Below are positions 19,229 to 28,038 of a stretch of 28,038 nucleotides of DNA, one piece after another. Position numbers and translations under genes: made by a program. The DNA comes from Folioceros fuciformis (Eukaryota). Where the stretch lies: positions 62,001 to 90,038 of the forward strand of contig JBNGIO010005627.1 of assembly GCA_049999805.1 (NCBI GenBank), written 5' to 3'. Below the pieces are notes generated by a model that was not told the DNA's origin, searched no databases, and worked only from the letters and a program-made list of their open reading frames with translations. The stretch's first letter is position 1. The number at the start of each line of letters is the position of its first letter.

Positions 19229-22200
19229 TCAAAGACTGCGATAGTCAATAACGGTAACTTCGTCCTCCGGTGCATCTAGATCATGGTAACTGCACAATAA
19301 AATACATCGAGGTCAGGATGGCAACCAAACGGTTTGGAATAGTATGGAACCAAACGGAAGTTGAGACGCTACCTTCGGACATGACGTGGGTCCGGACGCA
19401 AAGCTTGACCCATGGGCACCATGAGCGGCGGATTATCCATCAACCCACCGACCATGTGTCCTCCATGATGCGATCGCCCCCTGCGTCCATGACCGCCTCC
19501 GTTTGCCTCTCCATCAAATGCTGGCTCGAATGCAGCCGGATGGAAGGCAGGGGGACCACCTTGCTCTCTCAACATCCGCATCGCTACCTCGGGAGGGGCC
19601 GGGACAAACGGACCTAATGGCCTGCAGAAAGCAGAGACATTTCCCCCACATTAGCTAAGGAAAGACAACGACAAATCTCACGACAAAACAAAACCAGAGA
19701 AGAGTGAAGAGCTTCACTCACCCAGCGCCTGGTACGGGCATGAGTACTGGGGGCGGCGGGGGCATATCTGATCCATACGCAGGAGGCCCACGCATTGGAG
19801 GACCAGAGAAGGGATCAAACATCGGAGGATCACCGGACGTATCGAAACTGCCCTGTGGCCCTCCCATAGCATCATGACTAGGTGCCACCATTCCCGATGG
19901 TGTAAACTCTCTGTTAGAAGGAGACTGTTCACCACCTCGGTCAAATCGTTCATCCTCAACTCCGGGTCGATCAAACCTATCATTCTCTCGACGCTCAAAG
20001 CGTTCTGAATCCCTTAGGTCTCTACCTGCTGCATGAGGACCCTGTGCCAGTATCTGCATTCGGTCACCTGCCATGCGCTCTGCAGGACCACCAATACCAC
20101 CATTGCCACCACCATGTCGTCGCCTACGGCCTCCTTTGTCTCTCTATAAACAGGAAGAAAGCAGGTCAAAATAAGTCCAAAGTGACAGCCAGCGAAGAAA
20201 ACAGGCGAAAATAAGTTCGTAGTGACAGCCAGCGCTGCTAGCGCAAAGCCTAAGACAGGGTGTGGGTACGATTCTGGGGCATAATTCGTAGACAAAAGTT
20301 GCAAAGGACACACCTGAGATGGCTGAAATGCCACATTAGCTGAGACTCCTGGAGCACCTGGATCACTGTTGAATGACCACCAAGAGACTGTCAACGTTCG
20401 AACACACCTGGAAATACATGTCGAGAGACTCAACAAGACATCATTGATACCTCATGTAATTCTGGAAGAAGAGGTCGTGCCGAGACTTCGCAATAACATC
20501 GCTGACCAGTTCAGGATGTTTCAACTTCAAGTGCTTGTGTACATACTCTGGACCATGGAACAATTTGGTGCAACCTTTAGCTCCACACCCATATTTCCAG
20601 CCGTATTTATCATCCTTAATTTTTCGAACAAACGGATCAAGAGCATCATTTGCTGCAGTTTCCAGCTTCTCTCTACCCAGCATTGACTCGATTAAGTCAC
20701 GGCCCTGCAGCCTTGCTTGCCATGTACCGTCAATTTTCTTCTCCCAATCAGCAGCAGTCACAGACCCTGGCTCATCTGCGACTTTGGTATCCTTTCTCAC
20801 ATGACGATATCCCCTGGCAGACTCTCGCAACTCAATTCCTCCATAGTAATCCAAGCTATGGACCCTCCATAAATATGTCAGCATCACATCGAGGAGTTCC
20901 AGACCTTCATAACCTTTCACCTGGTTGGCCCCTCTTACAATCACAATATGCCCTGCAGAACTACCACTCAGTGATCTATCCCCCTCTACATTTTGATTAT
21001 CTTGAGTCAGTATGTTGCCCTCAATCCCTTTCTCACTATCCAGCTTCTTTATCAAGGCCCGCGCTTGGTCGATATCCTTCGGAAACCTTTTGGGGTCACC
21101 ACTGATGGATGACACTTTAGGAGCGGCATCTAGTTCCTTATCTTTCGATTGAGCACGAGCAGGCCGACGTCTCTTCCCACCCATTTCCGTGTCTTCTTCA
21201 GACGCTCCCTCTGCTGCACGGCTTCCTGTTCCAATTGGACCTCTGCATAACCACTAGTCATGTGTAACGCCAGCAATCCACTGAAACCAATGTACCTCCC
21301 TCACTTTTAACAATTCACAGGTAGGGAATATGAGGTTCACATACACATCCAAAGTGCCAGCTTCAAGCTCAGCTTGAAAATCCTTTGCTAGGGCCTTGGC
21401 ATTTTCATTTCTCCTGTAAAGAAACAAAGGTAAGAGGATTTCCTTACCAACTCCTTTATACGTGGGTTGAAAAGCTAGATAAATATGAGGTTTCAGCAAT
21501 GCTACCTCAGAAGCACACTTTCCAGCTTGGAAGGATCGTACTTCTCTCGTAACCTGAGAGAAGGCCACCATAAAAATCAGTCCTGGACAACTAAGCAAGC
21601 AGAAAGAGGCTGGAGTCCTAAAAAGCTGAGCCTAGTGACCTTCGACATAGTCAAGGCTTCAGATTTTGAGGTGGAGAGCCTGGATTGATGCAGGGGTTTG
21701 GGGTTTACCACTCATCATCTTTATGCTGAGCAAAGTAGGCCCGCTTTTGAGTAGTGATGTACTCAGCCTTGTATTCCTCATATCTGTTTGTCAGACAGAT
21801 GACAACTCTCTCGATTACCCAGTTCAATTACGTAGGCATCCACCTCACTACACAATTCGAGATGAGACTCCATTCGACTGCTGCAGCTGAACAAAAAGGT
21901 TCCTGGAAAATAAAAGCTGGAGCTCGTCTAGGACTAAAACGAGAACACACCTTCGTTCAGCTTCTGCTGGGAGTATGTCATCTTCTAACTCCGCTATGAA
22001 GAGCTTGTAGGTCATGAGGCCTTCCCTGCCAAAGTTAACAAATATGATGTTAAAGCTGGTTTCAAGAGCAAGATCCCTTGTAGAAGTCAGGTGATTACGG
22101 AGAACTGATGTACCTGCGGTTTGGCAACCCAGCATACATGCCTGATGAGTGGTGTGGTCCATCACTGAAGCCACTCCGACCAGGGCCCTGCCAGCCTGTA

Positions 22201-24153
22201 CAGAAAAGAGTAAAAATAATGCAGCACTGTAGAAGTTACAGCCCAACTGAAATCACTGCACTAGACTGAGCTGTACACACATCAGGGACTAAAACTTGCA
22301 CACTTCACTCTACATTGGAAAAGTACACTATGACAATCAGCATATCACTCAATAGTAATTTTGTTGAAGCTACCATAAGCAAGTCCCCTCTCTCACACAG
22401 GGCACTTGCAAAAGTAAAGACATAGTCAGACTAGTCAGGCACCAACAGCAAAACATTGGTAATCCATGAATGCCCAATTGAAGTGCAGTTTCAAACAATC
22501 CCCACACCTCGAGAGCCTGGATGTCGTACTCTATCATCCCCAAAGCCCCCTCGTCCTCCCAGAGTTCCTGCTCTGTCATACTGGCCCATTCCATCATATC
22601 CATGCCTGGTGGTAGCAACACAGTCAGAAATGACAGACAATGTGATGCCTACTTGCTCTTCTTAGTAGAACTCAACTTTGCAGCAGAGAAAGTTAGCTAG
22701 CTTGTGCCAGGCCACAAACAAGACCAATAATCTGGAATCAGGTTGAAGATCATTCCCATCTATTCGGAACCAGTAATACAGGTCATATACACGATGGGAA
22801 CAACATGCCAGGTCCCATAAGTACAAGAAGACGAGTAGCATGGATACACCCGTGCACTTCCAACCTCACTAGCCAAGTCTGCAGAAGGTCGCCTCCATTT
22901 TGCTGCATAGTCCATCTCCAGAGAAATCCCATCCTCTGGAGTAGGTCTATAATTTCTTAGGCGCCAATCGCCCTGCCTGGCAGGAACTTTAGGAAACCCG
23001 TGCAAACAGTAGGAAAGATACCAACATGAGCAATAGAGTAGTGAACTACTGGAAGGGGGTCCTCAGATTCATCAGATATAAAGGAAAACGATGTAAAAGA
23101 TTGAGAAATTTGAGAAGTTCAGCGGAGACTTCAGAGGGGAAAGGGAACAGATAAAGAAAATCCCTCAGACAAAATGAAGTATTTGAGTTGAAGCCATAGA
23201 GGTATCTAAAAGGCGCAATTGACAAGTAGTGGGCCGGCAGAATCCTCACACACAGAAAACCCCCGTTATCATCAACTGCATATGACACACAGTTTCAGGG
23301 TTTGGCAGCGAATTTGCGGTTAATAAAAGCATCCACGCAGCTTCGATGACAACAAATCATAGAGCCTGGTGCAGATAACAAGAAGCTTAAGGGTCAACAC
23401 AACTTTGTTGTTGGTAAATTGGTCGAAGAAAAATCTGCTGGGATGCCACAGGTAACTCTTTAGATATAAAGCTCAGAGGTCCGACTTGAGATCCACACAA
23501 GGAGGAATGGACCTCAAATCGGACTCCAGAGCAAAATCTCAGATAGTTCAGACGTTCGCCCCATGGCAGCTGAATGAGATTCGCCTCCTCAAACGGAGAG
23601 AAGTAGCACAGCACAAAAACCCTTGCGAACGATTAAACATATTTGCCACCAAACTGAGATCAATCCCAGGAAAGAGACAGCAACTCCCAGCTAGAAGGCA
23701 GCGACAAGACACACTCACACACGTGATTTCACACAAGAGACTCTACCTTCGGTCTGCAGGGAACGCCGTATCTCCTGCAAGAATGTCGTCGTCCCTCCGC
23801 GTCCTCTTGTAGGGCGGAGTCCGGCGCACGGGGCTGTGCCGCCGGTCCCTGTGAGCTGGAGGACTGGGAGTCTTCCTCCTCTTGTGCTCCCTGTCTCTGT
23901 CCCTCCTCTCCGAACCGCTCCCTGACCCGTCATGATTCCCCCTCTTCTCATGATGCTCCCCGCTCCGACGAGGGCCACGCTCATCCCCCCTCCCGTCCCG
24001 AGGACCTGCCTTATCATCCCTGCGCTCTCTGGAGTCCCGGTCCCGCCGCCTATCCTCTCCGCTCCTCTCCTTCCTCCCGTCCTCGGACCGGTCGCGACGG
24101 CGCTCATCCCGCGGAACACCAGGATCCGGAACGGCTGCAGGTACCTCCGTCAT
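19229..24153 (-). CDS. SE: SERRATE/ARS2 zinc-finger RNA effector (miRNA biogenesis, cap-dependent splicing); coding exons 24153-23747, 22605-22508, 22195-22114, 22025-21951, 21783-21709, 21553-21506, 21413-21345, 21242-20451, 20365-20314, 20143-19722, 19621-19373, 19289-19229
   Basis: The spliced product has an R/D/S-rich N-terminus, REGLMTYKLFIAELEDDILPAEAERRYEEYKAEYITTQKR, YLWRVHSLDYY, the C2H2 finger CGAKGCTKLFHGPEYVHKHLKLKH, PVPGAGPLGPFVPAPPE and the C-terminus SYHDLDAPEDEVTVIDYRSL, all typical of plant SERRATE. A 5'UTR intron probably lies at about 24190-24348. Confidence 0.95.
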
Positions 24154-24623
24154 TGTGGAAGCTTCCGTCAGCGCCGGCGCAGCCTCCGCCTGGAAACATT
24201 GCAGGGACACCTCTACAGCATCAAGAAACCGTGCGTATAGTTGCAAGCGCTCGGAAATGCACCATCCTACTTGGATGCAACAACAAACCCACACGCGTTT
24301 GCTCATACAGAAAAAAATCTCCTGCAGCCTCCCGACCTGGCCATCGACCTGAGCGGGCTCGCCCGGAGGCTCCGCAGCTGGTTCTTCTGACGCCAGCGCT
24401 CTCGACGGAGAGCCCTCCTCCAGACTGCTACACTGGGTACAATCCTAACAAAGCAGATCACAACAAGGCAGCCAAATTTCGAATAGTTTTGCTCCGCCTC
24501 AGCCACTCCCCCCCATAGCCAGGTCTCAGAGTGTCTATATGTCCAAAGATCGCTCTTGCTCGAAAGATGGTCCCCAAAACGGAGCGCCAGGGTTTCCTCG
24601 GGTGCAAAACGAAACATGATACG

Positions 24624-24632
24624 AAACCCTAA
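24624..24632. promoter_or_regulatory. Telo-box (AAACCCTAA) in the presumed SERRATE promoter
   Basis: Exact motif about 470 bp upstream of the SE ATG. Telo-boxes are common upstream of plant RNA-processing and translation genes. Confidence 0.45.
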
Positions 24633-24802
24633 GCATTTAATTAAACATAGCCATACACTTCGAACTATGACCTGTAGCTTCCCAGAAGCGGGAGTAATTT
24701 AGACATTTCTACGAGAAGTACTTGCTAATATGTGAAACCTCTCCAATACGAGGGCAAAAAGAATGGGTCGAAACACGAACAACAAGATTTGGTTTTTTCG
24801 CT

Positions 24803-27800
24803 TTACGGCCGAGGGCTAGCCATTTGCTGCTTCTTCACCTTTGGTCCTGCCTCAACGGAGCTGATGTCGTGCGGAGTTATGAAGATCCACTGTGAGCCTT
24901 GTTTCAAAGCGAAATCCACAACAGCTGCCAGGCTGATCTTCCTCTTCACGTCGTCCATAAAGACGTCGAATTCGTCCATGGCTCTGAATGGAGACTCCGT
25001 CATTTGGTGCAACGCCAGCGCGAAAGCCAGTGTGGAGAAGGATCGCTCGCCTCCAGAGAGAGCTCTGGTGTCTCGAACGGCGCTATGAGACGAGTCTTGG
25101 GGCAATGTCACACACAACTCCAACGTTTCGTTCTCGTAGTCCACTTTGGCGCGGCCTGTACATCCGGTCTTGCGGAGGTGGCAATTGAACTTCCAGTGAA
25201 GCTGTCTTTTGAGGTAGAGACAGTTCCTGCCGAAGTACTCGTATCTTGTCTCCAAGGCTGTTCTGATCATCTCCAGTTTGTTCTTGATGCCGTGGTAGAC
25301 GGCTCCTCTCTTGAAAATCTTCTTCTGCAGTTTCCGGGCTTGCACTTGGAGATCTTCGACGGGGCAGTCGTCGCTGCTCGCACCTTGCACTCTCTGCTTG
25401 GCTTGCAACCGCCTGAGCTCTACTTGCAAGGTTTCTGGAGTCGAACCGTCGTCAAAGCTCACGTCCTTTCTGGCACACACTTCTGCAGCCTTCGCCTGCT
25501 TCTCCTCTAGCTGCTCCCTGATCCTTGAAACCTCTTCCTCCCTTTTGCGGATGTCAGCTAGCACTTTATCGTTCATCATGTTCTCATAGTGAGCTACTTT
25601 TTGTTCCGCCTCCTTCACCTTAGACAACCGAACTAGCACCTCCTGCTCAGCTTCGTGGACTATGGCCGACTTCTCTTCGGCTGAAGCTCGGATGGCTTGC
25701 AGGTTCCTCTTCACTTGATCACAGTTTCTCTGTGCCACCACAAGCTGAGCTTCAATCTTCTGGAGTTCGGACTCTTTCTCTTCCACTTCGCCTTCAGCCT
25801 CCCTGATGTCCTGTTCGATCTCTTCTGTGTTTGGCTGAACTGCTTCCGCGATCTGTGAGCTGGCTATCGCCTGGAGCTCCTGCAGGAATGATTCCTTTCC
25901 GCTCAGACGATGCTGAGCTTCAACCCTGGACCTCTTGGCTCGATTTTGCTCAGCTTCCAACTGTGCCTTCGAGTTTTCGGCTCCTCGCTTCCTCTGCTTC
26001 GTAGATATGATGACCTCATTGGCCTCCGCGATTTCGTGACGGGTCCTCTCGATCTCCTCATCAAACCGAACCCCAAGTCTTCCGGATCGAAGATTTCGGT
26101 CCCTAGGCAGCGAGGTCTCCACACCCCTCCTCAGAAATAGCTTCATTCCATCCTTAGTGAACACCTCTTTCACATTGCTGATTCCTCTTGAAAATGCGAT
26201 GGCCTTGGCCGCATCAAAATTTTCCGCCAGCACTTGCCTTTCGACCGAGCCTTGATCAACGAGGACATTCATGACTGTGGCATTGTCGGTGTTGATAACC
26301 GACATGACAGTTGTGAGATTTGGATCTGGAAGCATGTGCTGTGGCAGCGACATCAAAGGCCGATCAAAATCGTAGATCATGATCGTAAGCTTGCAACGGC
26401 AGTCCGTCGAGATCCTTCGAAGCAGAAGCAGATCTTGGTGGTTATGCACCACGAAGGCATTCAAAAGCCCCCCGACAGCCGCTTCTACAGCTAGGGACCA
26501 GGAATTATCTCCAGACAGAGAAACATGAGCTCCAATGGGCCCGATAGGAGGCCTGCTGAAGCTCTGCCACCGTTGCTCGATGGCTCTCAAGACATTGAGT
26601 ACGTTATCCCCTCCAAACGCTGTCACTGTATTTGTCTGTGCCCTCTGCAGACGCAGCACACAGGCTTCCAAGTCCCGAACTGCCCTCCGTTTCTCCTCCA
26701 GCTCAGTCACAATGGACCTGACAGCCTCTGCAGCACTGGTTAACTGGTCCTGCAAATTTTGCTCCAGCTGCGCAGCTGTATCAACTTCAGCCTTTGCAGC
26801 ATCCAGATCTGCTCTCACTCGCTCCATCTCTATTCGCCCTGCTTCCATCTCAGCTTGGGTGTCACGGGCAAATCTGGCTTGCAATTCAGCAGAAACCCCT
26901 TGGAGAGCCCTGATATTCTCTTTTATCTTGTCTATGGCCCTTCGCCTCACAGCAGAATCCTCCTCCATGGAAGCCACTTTTCTAGCTGCTTCCTCGTACT
27001 CCCTGGCAACAAGCTCCTGTTCCTGGCCCATGCTTTGCGCATTCTCCAGCATGGCAGTAATCTGAGCCATACTTTCGACATGGGCCTCTGTGCACCTCTC
27101 CAGCTCGGCCTTAGAGTCATCTATGAGCTTCTGCAAGGTTGGTATCCTGCCCCTAAACCTCTCCAAATTCTCCAACTCTTCCTCGTAATTCTTGTCAGCT
27201 TCACAAACCCAAGCCCAAGCCAGCTTCTTCTGCGTATCTGCGATCGCCGTAGTCAGCCCCTCCATTTCCAGCCGTTTCTCAATCCGGTCAGCCAACTGCT
27301 GCAGCGACAGATTCAGAGGCTCCAATCCCTTCTCCAACTCAACCACAGTCCCACTCACACTCTCCAGCTTCTCGCTTATCTGGGTCAGAACGTCACTCAC
27401 TTGCTGCAGCAAAGTGGACTTGAAGAAGAACTTGAACTTATCCTTCGGCGTTCCGTTATGAAGAAACTCCTTGCTCTTGTCCTGCGTCATGATAACACAC
27501 GGATTCTGCACTTCGATATTGAAATGCTCCACCAACGACACAACCTCATCCCGTTTGGTCGCAACCTTCTTGCCCTTATAATCCTTGATCGCAAACGTAC
27601 TGGTCCCCGAAGAGGTGATCCTCCGCTCCACGCAAATGGTATCCCCATAAACGTCGTGCCTGAAAGCGTCCTCCCCCTCGTTCTTCATCTCCACAGCAAC
27701 CAGAGCGTAGGAGCTACCCGTCTTGATGAAGTCCTTCAGCGTATTAGCCCGCTGCGTGCCTTTCGCCTTGATTCCAAAAGCCACACACAGAGCAGTAAGT

Positions 27801-28015
27801 AGAGCGCTTTTGCCACTCCCATTCTGCCCCGTGATGAAGTTCACATGCTCATTGAGCTCAATAGTCAGGTTGCCGTGGCACATAAAGTTCTCCACTCTGA
27901 TTCTCCTGATCAAACCGGCCTTCTCCCCACTCTCCTCCTCCTCCTCCTCCTCCTCCTCTTCCTCCTCCTCCTCCTCTTCCAAGCCCTGCTTCCCACACCC
28001 TTCTTCCTCTTCCAT
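24803..28015 (-). CDS. SMC6: Structural maintenance of chromosomes protein 6 (SMC6), single exon, at least 1070 aa; the frame stays open to the window edge, so the true start may lie upstream
   Basis: ENFMCH, Walker A GQNGSGKS, TQRA, Q-loop IMTQDKSKEFL, coiled coils with hinge PPIGPIG, signature LSGGERSFSTL, Walker B/D-loop FRAMDEFDVFMD and H-loop-equivalent WIFITPHD. These are SMC6-subfamily forms of the motifs. Confidence 0.95.
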   Translation of the reverse strand: MEEEEGCGKQGLEEEEEEEEEEEEEEEESGEKAGLIRRIRVENFMCHGNLTIELNEHVNFITGQNGSGKSALLTALCVAFGIKAKGTQRANTLKDFIKTGSSYALVAVEMKNEGEDAFRHDVYGDTICVERRITSSGTSTFAIKDYKGKKVATKRDEVVSLVEHFNIEVQNPCVIMTQDKSKEFLHNGTPKDKFKFFFKSTLLQQVSDVLTQISEKLESVSGTVVELEKGLEPLNLSLQQLADRIEKRLEMEGLTTAIADTQKKLAWAWVCEADKNYEEELENLERFRGRIPTLQKLIDDSKAELERCTEAHVESMAQITAMLENAQSMGQEQELVAREYEEAARKVASMEEDSAVRRRAIDKIKENIRALQGVSAELQARFARDTQAEMEAGRIEMERVRADLDAAKAEVDTAAQLEQNLQDQLTSAAEAVRSIVTELEEKRRAVRDLEACVLRLQRAQTNTVTAFGGDNVLNVLRAIEQRWQSFSRPPIGPIGAHVSLSGDNSWSLAVEAAVGGLLNAFVVHNHQDLLLLRRISTDCRCKLTIMIYDFDRPLMSLPQHMLPDPNLTTVMSVINTDNATVMNVLVDQGSVERQVLAENFDAAKAIAFSRGISNVKEVFTKDGMKLFLRRGVETSLPRDRNLRSGRLGVRFDEEIERTRHEIAEANEVIISTKQRKRGAENSKAQLEAEQNRAKRSRVEAQHRLSGKESFLQELQAIASSQIAEAVQPNTEEIEQDIREAEGEVEEKESELQKIEAQLVVAQRNCDQVKRNLQAIRASAEEKSAIVHEAEQEVLVRLSKVKEAEQKVAHYENMMNDKVLADIRKREEEVSRIREQLEEKQAKAAEVCARKDVSFDDGSTPETLQVELRRLQAKQRVQGASSDDCPVEDLQVQARKLQKKIFKRGAVYHGIKNKLEMIRTALETRYEYFGRNCLYLKRQLHWKFNCHLRKTGCTGRAKVDYENETLELCVTLPQDSSHSAVRDTRALSGGERSFSTLAFALALHQMTESPFRAMDEFDVFMDDVKRKISLAAVVDFALKQGSQWIFITPHDISSVEAGPKVKKQQMASPRP
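27932..27979 (-). repeat. (GAG/GAA)16 coding microsatellite giving a poly-Glu tract in the SMC6 N-terminus
   Basis: A run of CTC/TTC on the + strand; 16 consecutive Glu codons. Confidence 0.9.
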
Positions 28016-28038
28016 GCCCTGCTCCCGGCACCCTTCTT

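Noticed and set aside
23165-23274. Possible C/D-box snoRNA in the long SE intron (TGATGA...CTGA on the - strand), and a similar hint near 4215-4273
   Set aside because: There is no convincing terminal stem or recognisable rRNA guide, and the boxes are short enough to be chance matches.
24154-24306. 51-aa N-terminal extension of SERRATE in the ORF track (MSKRVWVCCC...)
   Set aside because: It runs through a clear acceptor (TGTTTCCAG at about 24190) of a probable 5'UTR intron and does not resemble SE proteins.
24793-24798. A6 run just after the SMC6 stop as a retro-poly(A) scar
   Set aside because: It is too short and too close to the stop codon, and no target-site duplication can be assessed within this window.
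26535-27802. Long + strand ORFs (176 and 347 aa) opposite SMC6, and similar ORFs opposite the PPR genes (e.g. 2884-3627, 10414-11088)
   Set aside because: They are antisense shadows of codon-biased coding sequence and show no recognisable motifs.
24803-28015. Bacterial SMC/SbcC contamination or horizontal transfer as the explanation for the intronless ORF
   Set aside because: The motifs (TQRA, TQDKSKEFL, FRAMDEFDVFMD, ITPHD) are of the eukaryotic SMC6 type.

Overview
This is gene-dense nuclear DNA from a land plant, with GT-AG introns mostly 70-110 nt long. The short introns, intronless PLS-class PPR genes and 'PGxSWW' PPR C-termini fit a spore-producing plant, most plausibly a hornwort (inference, not checked). 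Gene order: 3' part of a phosphoglycerate kinase (+); PLS-PPR 1 (-); two tandem 9-exon CYP85-clan, CYP707-like P450s (+); PLS-PPR 2 (+); a third paralogous P450 (+); PLS-PPR 3 (+); SERRATE/ARS2 (-, 12 coding exons); an intronless SMC6 (-). Main observations: (1) all three CYP707-like P450s lack the I-helix acidic residue, and two have a one-codon-longer, Asp-containing segment after ExxR, suggesting a new activity; (2) these P450s alternate with PPR editing-factor genes that lack the deaminase core, in a tightly packed co-oriented array; (3) a 14 x 14-bp minisatellite lies in one P450 intron; (4) SMC6 has no introns; (5) SERRATE has an unusually long first coding intron containing a candidate poison exon. 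Exon coordinates were derived by eye from splice signals and protein homology. No database searches were run.
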